From an uncultured Haliea sp. (GTDB taxonomy: Bacteria; Pseudomonadota; Gammaproteobacteria; Pseudomonadales; Halieaceae), in the NCBI GenBank assembly GCA_913061145.1, contig CAJXUQ010000003.1:123208-187207 (forward strand): a stretch of 64,000 nt of DNA, read 5' to 3'. A program made the position numbers and the translations under genes. Positions 1 through 8,599 of the stretch are shown here, one piece after another (the stretch's first letter is position 1; each line of letters starts with the position of its first letter). The notes below the pieces were generated by a model. That model saw only the letters and a program-made list of their open reading frames with translations, searched no databases and was not told the origin of the DNA.

Positions 1-1248
1 GGTCTGCATCAGCTGTGACTCACCCACCAGGTAGGTCCAGGCCTTGAGGCCATAATAGGCCCAGGCGATGGTGGTGGAGAACGCGAACAACAGTGCCGCG
101 AAGGCGAGTGGGTACGGCGCCCAGCTGATGTGGTGGGCGAAGGCGGCCGATGTCAGGGCAATGCCCTCAAAGCCCTGCTCGACGAGCCCGTTGGGATAGG
201 CCACCGTCACGATCACCAGTGAGCTGAGCGTGCAGATCACCACCGTGTCGAGGAAAGGCTCCAGCAAACCCACCAGTCCCTCGGAGGCGGGCTCGTTGGT
301 TTGCACAGCAGAGTGGGCGATGGAGGCCGAACCAATACCGGCTTCATTCGAGAACAGCGCACGCTGGAAGCCGACAACGATGGCGCCGACCATGCCGCCC
401 GTCACACTGCTCATGGAAAACGCGCTGCTGACGATGAGCTGCACGGCGGCGGGAATCTGTGCCGCGCTGAAGCCAATAATCACCAGGGCCGACACCACAT
501 AGAGCACGGCCATGAGCGGCACGATCCTCGACGCAACCAGCGCGATGCTGCGTATACCGCCGATGATGACCAGTGCCACGGCCGCGGCAATCAGGAGGCC
601 GAACAGCCAGCCGCGCCCAGCAAAAAAACTGTCCTCGCCGCCGCTGATCACCAGAAACTGGACGTAGGCCTGGTTGGACTGAAACATGTTGCCGATGCCG
701 AAACAGCCGATCACTAGCGCGATGGCATAGAACCCACCCATCACTCGACCCCAACCCGGTGCACCACGGTCCGAGAAATAGCGCTCGAGATAAAACATCG
801 GGCCGCCAGACACCGAACCGTCCGGGTTGTTGCGCCGGTACTTCACCCCCAGCGTGCACTCCACCAGCTTGGTCGACATGGATAAAAAACCTGCGACCAT
901 CAACCACAGGGCCGCACCGGGGCCACCGATGGTGATCGCGACCGCAACCCCGCCGATGTTGCCGATCCCCACTGTGCCCGAGACGGCAGTTGCCACGGCC
1001 TGGAAGTGGGATATCTCGCCACGCGCTCGCGGATTGTGAAACCGCCCACGGACGTGTCGCAGCCCCAGGGAAAACCCGCGCACATTCACAAAGCCGAGGT
1101 ACAGCGTGAAGAACACGGCGGCACCCGCCAGCCACAATACGATGAGGGGAAAGTCCTGCCCGAAGAGTTCCAGTGGAAAGAACACCAGGCGCGACAGGGT
1201 ATCCGCTACCGGGCGTACAACCGCTTCAACCTGCTGGTCCAGGCTCAC
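1..1248 (-). CDS. Alanine/glycine:cation symporter (AGCS family), 3' end runs off the window
   Basis: Manual translation from GTG at 1248 gives VSLDQQVEAVV...GEISHFQAVATAVSGTVGIGNIGGVAVAITIGGPGAALWLMV, the AGCS signature, followed by GGPMFYLERYFS. The frame is open to position 1, so it is absent from the ORF track. Confidence 0.9.
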   Translation of the reverse strand, partial: MSLDQQVEAVVRPVADTLSRLVFFPLELFGQDFPLIVLWLAGAAVFFTLYLGFVNVRGFSLGLRHVRGRFHNPRARGEISHFQAVATAVSGTVGIGNIGGVAVAITIGGPGAALWLMVAGFLSMSTKLVECTLGVKYRRNNPDGSVSGGPMFYLERYFSDRGAPGWGRVMGGFYAIALVIGCFGIGNMFQSNQAYVQFLVISGGEDSFFAGRGWLFGLLIAAAVALVIIGGIRSIALVASRIVPLMAVLYVVSALVIIGFSAAQIPAAVQLIVSSAFSMSSVTGGMVGAIVVGFQRALFSNEAGIGSASIAHSAVQTNEPASEGLVGLLEPFLDTVVICTLSSLVIVTVAYPNGLVEQGFEGIALTSAAFAHHISWAPYPLAFAALLFAFSTTIAWAYYGLKAWTYLVGESQLMQT

Positions 1249-1260
1249 CCGGAAGCCTGC

Positions 1261-2013
1261 TCAGCCGAGGAAGGCCTGGCCGCCATCCAGTGCGATACTC
1301 TGGCCATTGACGTAGTTCGCACCATCGCTGCACAACAGGGCGACAAAACGGCCGATGTCCTGCTCGCAGTCTCCGACACGTCGCTGGGGAATCTGTGACA
1401 GGAACGCATGGGCTTCCTCCGGGTTACTCTCTATCCACCATTGCATGCCCGGCGACATCGCATGCGGAAGAATGGCATTGCAGCGTATGTTGTCTGGCCC
1501 CCATTCACAAGCCGCAGCGCGCGTCAGCGCGCGAATGCCTTCCTTGGCAGCGGCATACGCGCCGTAACCCGCCATATCCCAGCGCTTGGCGGCAGAGCTA
1601 CCCAGATTGATGATAACACCATCGCCTTTGAGGTACGGGTAACACAGCTTCATCAAGCGGAAGGTGGCCATCGGGCCGGACTCCCAGCCCGCCATCAAGG
1701 CCTCGTCGGTGAGATCGTGCAGGCGACCCAGCGGCACTTCCTGCGCGTTATTCACCAGGATATTCACGCCACCCCAGGCCTCGACTACCCCCTCCACACA
1801 GGCCTTCATCGAGTCCGGGGACTTGACCTCGCAGACCAGGGGCAGTGCCTCACCGCCGCGTGATCGAACGGTCTCTGCCGTGGTCTCCAGCTTGGACAGT
1901 GTCCGACCGGTAACGGCAACGCGCGCGCCCTGCGCGGCAAGCGCCAGGGCGATACCCTGCCCCACGCCCTGCCCAGCCCCCGTGACGAGGGCGACTTTTC
2001 CTTGCAAGCTCAT
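1261..2013 (-). CDS. SDR family oxidoreductase
   Basis: MSLQGKVALVTGAGQGVG (TGxxxGxG) and YAAAK catalytic motif. Start refined to ATG 2013. Confidence 0.9.
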   Translation of the reverse strand: MSLQGKVALVTGAGQGVGQGIALALAAQGARVAVTGRTLSKLETTAETVRSRGGEALPLVCEVKSPDSMKACVEGVVEAWGGVNILVNNAQEVPLGRLHDLTDEALMAGWESGPMATFRLMKLCYPYLKGDGVIINLGSSAAKRWDMAGYGAYAAAKEGIRALTRAAACEWGPDNIRCNAILPHAMSPGMQWWIESNPEEAHAFLSQIPQRRVGDCEQDIGRFVALLCSDGANYVNGQSIALDGGQAFLG

Positions 2014-2230
2014 CGCTAATCTCCACTGTGTGTGATGAAGGCAGCATACCGGCGCGAAGCAGCGAGTGACAGAGTGCTGCGGGCCGTGCAAGCCAGTGAG
2101 GCAGCCTTAACCCCGGCCGTACTGCCATTTTGTACCTTCTATGGGATGTTTACTGCAGGTGGTCAGGGGCGAGCGCGCGTCGAGGTATCATGGTCTCTGT
2201 GTAGTGAATTCAACAAGGGAGAATCCGGCG

Positions 2231-2989
2231 ATGGGCATACTGGAAGGGAAGATTGGTATTGTGACGGGGGCGGGCCAGGGTATTGGGCGGGCCATTGCCC
2301 AGTGCTTCGCCCGCGAGGGTGCCAAGGTCATCGTTGCAGATTTCAACGCAGAATCCGGCAATCAAACCGTGCAGCTTATCAATGCTGCGGGCGGCGAAGC
2401 CCGCTTCGTGCAGGGCGATGTCAGCGACGAAGCGTCGGTAAAATCCATGGTAGAAACCGCGGTAGACAGCTGGGGCAGACTGGACATCGCCTGCAACAGC
2501 GCCGCATTGAGCAGGGGTTCCGGCCCGATTCACGAATTCACCCGTGAGGTTTTTGACCAGACACTCGAGATGTGCCTGACCAATACCTGGCTGTGCATGA
2601 AATACGAGATCCCCGCCATGCTGGCCAACGGTGGCGGTGCCATCGTCAACATTTCCTCCAATGCATCCCTGAAGGGACAGGCTTTCAATACCGCCTATGC
2701 AGCCGCCAAGAGCGGTGTGAACATACTCACCAAGAGCTCCGCTGCCGAATACGGCGGCCAGGGCATCCGCATCAATGCCGTGTCCCCTGGCGTTATTCGC
2801 ACGCCCGGTGTCGAAAAGTACTTCGAAGAGCAGCCCAAAACGGCGGAGATATTGAAGAAGAGCGCTGTGCTCAACCGTCTGGGTGAGCCGGAGGAAATCG
2901 CCGAAGCGGTAGCCTTCCTGTGCAGCGATCGCGCCTCCTTCATTACCGGGCAGCTGTTGTCTGTGGACGGTGGTGGCTCGGTAAAATAA
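2231..2989 (+). CDS. SDR family oxidoreductase (acidic residue after beta-2, probably NAD-preferring)
   Basis: VTGAGQGIG, VADFN and YAAAK motifs. GGGAGA SD-like sequence precedes ATG 2231. Confidence 0.9.
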   Translation: MGILEGKIGIVTGAGQGIGRAIAQCFAREGAKVIVADFNAESGNQTVQLINAAGGEARFVQGDVSDEASVKSMVETAVDSWGRLDIACNSAALSRGSGPIHEFTREVFDQTLEMCLTNTWLCMKYEIPAMLANGGGAIVNISSNASLKGQAFNTAYAAAKSGVNILTKSSAAEYGGQGIRINAVSPGVIRTPGVEKYFEEQPKTAEILKKSAVLNRLGEPEEIAEAVAFLCSDRASFITGQLLSVDGGGSVK

Positions 2990-3010
2990 CAACGCACCGG
3001 TACTTGTGGG

Positions 3011-3038
3011 CGCTGACGGCGCCTTTGCGCCGTCAGCG
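3011..3038. terminator. 12-bp stem hairpin between convergent genes (putative bidirectional terminator)
   Basis: cgctgacggcgc-cttt-gcgccgtcagcg is a perfect inverted repeat between the stops at 2989 and 3050. There is no strong U-tract. Confidence 0.55.
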
Positions 3039-3049
3039 GTGTGTTACAC

Positions 3050-4114
3050 CTAGTCTGCCGCAGGGTACGTGGTATATCCCTCGGGGCCAGGTGTGTACAG
3101 CGTGTCAATATCGAATTTGGCTAGCGGCAGCCCCTGCTCCCAGCGCCTCACCAGATCGGGGTTGCCGATATAGGGCCGACCGAAGGACACCGCGACGAGC
3201 TCGCCTGCAGCCACTGCCTCATCAGCTTCCTGTAACGAATAGCTCTCGTTACCGATCAGGCGACCGGCAAAGTATTTTGCCGCCAGTGCCAGGTTGTCAA
3301 CCGGCCCCTTGGGCATGCGGATCACGTGCAGGTAGGCCAGGCCCAGTGTCGATGCCTGAGCCAGCAGGTAATCGAAGGTCTCGTGCGGGTTAGCGTCAGA
3401 CAGATCATTGAAGGGGTTCCCCGGGCAGATGCGCATGCCCACCCGATCAGCACCCGACACCTGCGCCATGGCCTGCAGGGCCTCAAGGGCGAAGCGCGCT
3501 CGATTCTCAACGCTACCGCCGTAGGCATCGGTGCGCTGATTGCTTCCAGTAGACAGGAACTGTGCCGGCAGGTAGCCACTCGTGCAATGCAGCTCGACAC
3601 CGTCGAAGCCTGCGAGTAACGCCTTGCGGGTCGCCTCGCGATACTCATCGATCACCGCAGGGATTTCCGCCAGGGCCAGCGCGCGAGGTTCATCCATAGC
3701 CTGCATGCCGGCCTCATCGGTATACATCTGGGCCTTGGCCGCCACCGCCGATGGCGCGACGGTTTCGCTGCCCGCAGGCTTGTTATAGTGGCTGGCCACG
3801 CGGCCCACATGCATGATCTGGGCGACGATACAGCCACCCTCCGCATGCACCGCGTCGGTCACTTGGCGCCAGGCCGCCACCTGTGCATCGGTGAAAATAC
3901 CGGGTGTACGGCAATAGCCCAGACCGTTGGCACTGGGGGCGATGCCCTCGGACACAATGAGACCGGCGCTCGCGCGCTGACGGTAGTATTCCGCCATGAG
4001 TGCGTTGGGCATGGCCGCCGCATCCGAGCGGCTGCGTGTCATGGGGGCCATGACAATCCGATTGCGCAGGCGCAGCGCGCCCAGTTCAAGTGGGGTCAGC
4101 AGGTTCACAGTCAC
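3050..4114 (-). CDS. Old yellow enzyme / alkene reductase (NemA-like flavin oxidoreductase)
   Basis: LRNRIVMAPMTRSR, GFDGVELHxxxGYL, RTDAYGGSVENRARF and FGRPYIGNPDL motifs. Confidence 0.92.
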   Translation of the reverse strand: MTVNLLTPLELGALRLRNRIVMAPMTRSRSDAAAMPNALMAEYYRQRASAGLIVSEGIAPSANGLGYCRTPGIFTDAQVAAWRQVTDAVHAEGGCIVAQIMHVGRVASHYNKPAGSETVAPSAVAAKAQMYTDEAGMQAMDEPRALALAEIPAVIDEYREATRKALLAGFDGVELHCTSGYLPAQFLSTGSNQRTDAYGGSVENRARFALEALQAMAQVSGADRVGMRICPGNPFNDLSDANPHETFDYLLAQASTLGLAYLHVIRMPKGPVDNLALAAKYFAGRLIGNESYSLQEADEAVAAGELVAVSFGRPYIGNPDLVRRWEQGLPLAKFDIDTLYTPGPEGYTTYPAAD

Positions 4115-4118
4115 TCTC

Positions 4119-4745
4119 CTAGCGTACGCGAATGCGCGGCTCTGCAGCCCCGCGACGCATGGTGGTCAGAAACTCGTCCAGCGGCGCAGGCAGCGCCACT
4201 TCCGGCTCGTCGTTGGTGGGTGGATTGGCCCAGAATTCCGCCCAGGACGGCCACAGGTCGTGGTATGCCCCGTGATAGGGCTCGCGACCCGGCCAGCGCA
4301 TTTTCATATCCCCAATGGGTGGCTTGTTCAGGTCGGTCGCGTACCAGTAGCAGGGCAAACGGCGCCGGAACAGCCAGCGCCCGTCAATACGCTCGTAATT
4401 GTCCCAGTAGAGCATTTGCATGATCACCCATTCCGGCCCGGTCTCATGCTCGTTTTTGGAATAGACCACGCCGCGCGCGTGATCAGGGTCCTCAAACTCG
4501 ATGATGTGATTGCCGGTCTGGTGCGAGGTGCCGGTGAACTGCAGGCGCAGGGTGTCGTCCAGCCAGCGTTTCAGGTGTGCGCGCCCCACTTTGTCACGGC
4601 TTACCCGGATGTCTGGTGCGAACAGATTCACGTGGGCATCAAGGTCACGCATATCCAGTGACAGGGCGTACTGCGCCACCAGTTGCCGAATAGCGTCAAG
4701 TGACTCCAGGCGGTCTATGCGCTGCAGCAGGTTGTCATCGCTCAT
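4119..4745 (-). CDS. SnoaL/NTF2-like fold protein (LinA/BaiE/scytalone dehydratase-like)
   Basis: RLESLDAIRQLVAQYALSLDMRD N-terminus, then H-x-x-G-N-H and Y-x-D-x-Y-x-R-x-D-G-x-W pattern. Confidence 0.75.
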   Translation of the reverse strand: MSDDNLLQRIDRLESLDAIRQLVAQYALSLDMRDLDAHVNLFAPDIRVSRDKVGRAHLKRWLDDTLRLQFTGTSHQTGNHIIEFEDPDHARGVVYSKNEHETGPEWVIMQMLYWDNYERIDGRWLFRRRLPCYWYATDLNKPPIGDMKMRWPGREPYHGAYHDLWPSWAEFWANPPTNDEPEVALPAPLDEFLTTMRRGAAEPRIRVR

Positions 4746-4749
4746 CCGC

Positions 4750-5523
4750 CTACTCCCAGCTCGCCGTGCCGGCGTTCAACTCCGCAACCCGCCCCCCATC
4801 AACCACCAGTTCCGTACCGGTGATATAGGAGGCTTCGTCACTGGCGAGAAACAGAATGGCATTGGCGCACTCGCGCGGGTCGCCGATTCGCCCGATGGGG
4901 ATCGACCGCGCGGTGGCTTCACGCGAGGCATCATCAGGCAGCACGGCTTCCGTCGGTGGTGTCATGAAAGCGCCCGGCACAACGGTATTCACGCGAATGC
5001 CTTTCTTGCCCCACTCCATGGCGGCGTTGCGCGACAGGCCCAGCATGGCGGCTTTCGCGGCGCTGTAGCCTGCGGTTGCCGGTGATCCGCGCAAGCCGCA
5101 TACGGAGGAGACATTGACCACCGCACCGCGATTCGCCTTGAGTTGAGGATAGGCCTCACGCATCAGAAACATAGCGCCGTCGAGCGAAACGATGAAATTC
5201 TGCCGCCAGGCTTTGGTGTCGTGACTGGCAAGCATGCCCGGGACCATCAACACCGCGTTATTGACCACGATATCCAGACGGCCCCAGGTGTCTACCGTTT
5301 TGGCCACAAGCGCCTTGACCGCCGCCTCGTCAGCGACGTCCGTGGGGCACACCAGCGCACGCCCACCGGCGGCCTCAATGGTTGCGGCCACCGCAGCCAG
5401 CTTGGCCTCGTTGCGCGCCGCCAGTACCACGGAGGCGCCCTCCTCGGCAAAACGCAGCGCCGTAGCGGCGCCAATCCCCTGCCCCGATCCGGTGATGATG
5501 GCAACTTTGCCCTGCAGTCTCAT
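4750..5523 (-). CDS. SDR family oxidoreductase
   Basis: ITGSGQGIG, NNA and YSAAK motifs, C-terminal ASYITGTELVVDGG. Confidence 0.9.
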   Translation of the reverse strand: MRLQGKVAIITGSGQGIGAATALRFAEEGASVVLAARNEAKLAAVAATIEAAGGRALVCPTDVADEAAVKALVAKTVDTWGRLDIVVNNAVLMVPGMLASHDTKAWRQNFIVSLDGAMFLMREAYPQLKANRGAVVNVSSVCGLRGSPATAGYSAAKAAMLGLSRNAAMEWGKKGIRVNTVVPGAFMTPPTEAVLPDDASREATARSIPIGRIGDPRECANAILFLASDEASYITGTELVVDGGRVAELNAGTASWE

Positions 5524-5640
5524 AGTGCTTCCCCAAGTGTATGATGAGCGTGCGCCAGCTTAGGCAGCGCGAGGCCCGCCGGTCAACCAGAGGCGCCCGG
5601 TGAACGCGCACCGCGGACTGCCTGAATCGCGAATAGCGAG

Positions 5641-5663
5641 CCGGGTATAATTATTTACCCCGG
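5641..5663 (+). promoter_or_regulatory. Perfect -10 (TATAAT, 5646-5651) inside an inverted repeat GGGTA-N8-TACCC (putative operator)
   Basis: ccgggtataattatttaccccgg lies in the divergent intergenic region between the SDR and the Rieske gene. Confidence 0.4.
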
Positions 5664-5760
5664 TAACGTTTCGCCGGAAATTTGCAAGTCATACCAATCC
5701 GCGCGTGCCTGCCGTAGAGTGGCTGCAACCTGCCAACAGACGCTCCCGAGGAGACTATTC

Positions 5761-6765
5761 ATGAGCCACCGTATCCCTATGCCGATGCCCCTGGGCTGGT
5801 TTCAGGTCGCCTACTCACACGAGTTGGCCAACGCCACCTCAATGCCCCTGCGCTATTTCGACACTGATCTTGTGCTGTTCCGCACGGAAAGCGGCGAGGC
5901 GAAAGTGCTGGACGCCTACTGCCCGCATATGGGCGCCCACCTCGGCTACGGTATTCGCGGCCAGGCTGGCGGCGGCTCAGAGGTGCGCGGGGATTCCATC
6001 ATCTGTCCCTTCCACGGCTGGGCCTACAACGGCGAAGGACAGTGTACCGATGTGCCCTATGCCAACAACCTGCCGCCAAAAATTGCCCGCGGAGAGCAGG
6101 TTATCCGCCCCTGGCATGTGCGCGAAATGAACCAGGTGATCTATGTCTGGTATCACCCGGAGGGTGAAGCCCCCACGTTCGAACCGGAACGGGTTGAAGA
6201 AGCGTCAGCGGACAATGAGGCCTGGGGAAGCTTCAAGATACATACCTGGGATATCGCCACGCATATGCAGGAGATCGGTGAGAACGCCGTGGATTCCGCG
6301 CACTTCCTGTACGTGCACGGCACCCAGAACATTCCCACGCCTGAATTCATGACCTTCGATGGTGTGCGACGTGCCGGCAAGCTGGTGAGCAAAATGGCTA
6401 CCCCGCGCGGCGAGATCACAGGCATTATCGAGAACAGCAACAATGGCCCGGGCCAGGCCACGGTACGTTTCAGCGGAATCTGCGACACCGTCCTGATGGC
6501 CAACCTGACGCCGGTCGACCAGGAGAACAGCCGCGCCTTCTACGCCTTCATCCAGAAAAAGGTGGACGGCAAGGAACAGACCGGAGGTGTATCGGACGCC
6601 ATCGTCAAGGACATCTGCAAGCAGATGGAAGAAGACAGGATCATCTGGCGGCAAAAGCAGTACTTCGAGAAACCCCTGCTGTGTGACAACGACGGCCCCT
6701 TCGCCAAATTCCGCAAGTGGTACTCGCAGTTCTACACCACGGACAGCTGGCGACCCGGCGCCTGA
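5761..6765 (+). CDS. Rieske non-heme iron oxygenase, KshA / Neverland (DAF-36)-like
   Basis: Rieske CPHMGAH...CPFHGW, mononuclear iron ENAVDSAHFLYVH and EDRIIW, C-terminal DGPFAKFRKWYSQFY. GAGGAG SD precedes ATG 5761. Confidence 0.85.
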   Translation: MSHRIPMPMPLGWFQVAYSHELANATSMPLRYFDTDLVLFRTESGEAKVLDAYCPHMGAHLGYGIRGQAGGGSEVRGDSIICPFHGWAYNGEGQCTDVPYANNLPPKIARGEQVIRPWHVREMNQVIYVWYHPEGEAPTFEPERVEEASADNEAWGSFKIHTWDIATHMQEIGENAVDSAHFLYVHGTQNIPTPEFMTFDGVRRAGKLVSKMATPRGEITGIIENSNNGPGQATVRFSGICDTVLMANLTPVDQENSRAFYAFIQKKVDGKEQTGGVSDAIVKDICKQMEEDRIIWRQKQYFEKPLLCDNDGPFAKFRKWYSQFYTTDSWRPGA

Positions 6766-6770
6766 TAGCG

Positions 6771-8495
6771 CTAGAAAGGGAATACCCTGGGCAGCAGCCA
6801 GATCACGGTGGCCGAGTAGGCCAGCGACACCGGCAGGCCGCTGCGGCAATAGTCGCGCAGGGTGTAACCGCCGAGGTTCTGCACCATCAGGTTCGTGGTG
6901 TAACCGTACGGGGTCAGAAAGCTGGCACTGGCCCCGTACGCCACCGCCATCACAAACGGCATCGGGCTGACCCCGAGACTCTCCGCGATACCAAAAGCGA
7001 TGGGGAAACTCAGCGCAGCGGCCGCATTGTTCGTCATCACCTCGGTCAGCAGCAGGGCCCCGGCATACATGCAGGCCATCGCCAGCCAGGGGCCGAGAGC
7101 AATCAGTTCAGTCTGCAGGCTGCCGGCAAGCAGCGTCACCAGGCCCGAGTTGGTGAGCGCCTGGGACAGGGTAAGCGCCGAGGTGATAATCAGCCAGATC
7201 TCGAACGGGAACCGCCGACGCAACTCCGAGCCTCGCACCAGTCGCATACCCAGCATGCACACCAGCAGCAGCGACAGCCCCTTGATCAGCGGCAAGAGCT
7301 CCAGCGCAGACAGCAGCACCACTGCCGCCAGCAGCAGCGTCACGAACAGGTTCTGCAGCGGTGTGATTTTGGAGCCGCCGACCGCTTCGTCCACCACGAC
7401 GAAATTCTTGTCGAGGTTCTTGCGCTCGTTGAAATCCGGGCCGGTGGCGAGCATCAGAATATCGCCCGCGGCGATGCTGATGTTCCCCAGTTTTCCCGAC
7501 AGCCGTTTGCCACCGCGGCGCATCCCGACCACGGCGGCGTCGAACAAGGAGCGGAACCCCGACTCCTTGATGGTCTTCCCCTCAATAGCGGCATTGGGCA
7601 TGACGATCACTTCCACCATGTTCTCCCGCAGCAGCCCCTCCTCCACCGCAAACAGGTGCAGCCCATCGAAGCGATCGAGAACGTTGAGCTGGGTGATATC
7701 ACCCGAGAAAATCAGCTTGTCGCCCGCCTCAATAAACTCGGTCGGTGCCACCGGGGAAATCAGGTGCTCTGCCCGCACAATCTCCACCAGGAACAGCGCG
7801 TCGAGCTCACGCAGACCGTTCTCGGCAATGGTTCTGCCAATCAGGCTGGACTGGGTCGCCACTTCGGCTTCAATCACGTACTCCGCCACCTGTACCGGAT
7901 GGCTGCTGCTGCGGGGCAGCAAACGCGCTGAGAAGACCAGGGCGAGAAGACCGGCCAGAACCGCGGCGAAACCGACCGGCAGGAAGTCGAAAAACGCCAG
8001 CCCCGAGCCGGTGGCGTCCTCAAGAAAGCTGCTCACGATCAAATTGGTTGAGGTACCGATCAGCGTCATGGTACCCCCCAGAATGGCCGCATAGGACAGG
8101 GGTATCAGTAGCCGCGACGCGGGGTGATGACGATTGGCTCGCACTGTGGTGGTGAGCGTCGCGACCACCGCGGTGTTGTTGACGAAGGCGGAGAACAGCG
8201 CCGTGACGCCCCCCAGTCGCAGCAGGCTCAGCGTGTAGCTGGGTGAAATGAGGCGCCCCGAAAGGTGACTCAGCCAGGACAGCTTTTCCAGGCCGATGGA
8301 GACCAGCAACAGGAGAATCAAGGTCACCAGTCCCGTGTTGGTCGCTTTCTCCAGCATTTGCGAGGTCTCGACGAGACCGAGAAAATACGCGGCCAGCATC
8401 GCACCGACGAAAATCTTGGAGGCCGCCCAGGTGGAAAAGATCAAACCGGCCAGCAGCCCGAAAAACAGCAGTGCGATAAGAATCTGGTCAATCAT
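6771..8495 (-). CDS. SLC13 family permease with TrkA-C (RCK_C) domains
   Basis: FSAFVNNTAVV, LIPLSYAAILGGTMTLIGTSTNL, EVMTNNAAAAL and SFLTPYGYTTNLMV motifs, with a central soluble TrkA-C-like region. Confidence 0.88.
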   Translation of the reverse strand: MIDQILIALLFFGLLAGLIFSTWAASKIFVGAMLAAYFLGLVETSQMLEKATNTGLVTLILLLLVSIGLEKLSWLSHLSGRLISPSYTLSLLRLGGVTALFSAFVNNTAVVATLTTTVRANRHHPASRLLIPLSYAAILGGTMTLIGTSTNLIVSSFLEDATGSGLAFFDFLPVGFAAVLAGLLALVFSARLLPRSSSHPVQVAEYVIEAEVATQSSLIGRTIAENGLRELDALFLVEIVRAEHLISPVAPTEFIEAGDKLIFSGDITQLNVLDRFDGLHLFAVEEGLLRENMVEVIVMPNAAIEGKTIKESGFRSLFDAAVVGMRRGGKRLSGKLGNISIAAGDILMLATGPDFNERKNLDKNFVVVDEAVGGSKITPLQNLFVTLLLAAVVLLSALELLPLIKGLSLLLVCMLGMRLVRGSELRRRFPFEIWLIITSALTLSQALTNSGLVTLLAGSLQTELIALGPWLAMACMYAGALLLTEVMTNNAAAALSFPIAFGIAESLGVSPMPFVMAVAYGASASFLTPYGYTTNLMVQNLGGYTLRDYCRSGLPVSLAYSATVIWLLPRVFPF

Positions 8496-8599
8496 TCAGG
8501 CGTATCCAACCACCGCGGCCTCTCCGGCGCACAAGCATACGTGCTCGGCAGGCCGGGGAACAGGCCCGTTACTACTCATCAACCCAAGCACCTGCCTGC

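Noticed and set aside
1249-1260. Glycine riboswitch upstream of the AGCS symporter
   Set aside because: There are only 12 intergenic nt and no aptamer motifs.
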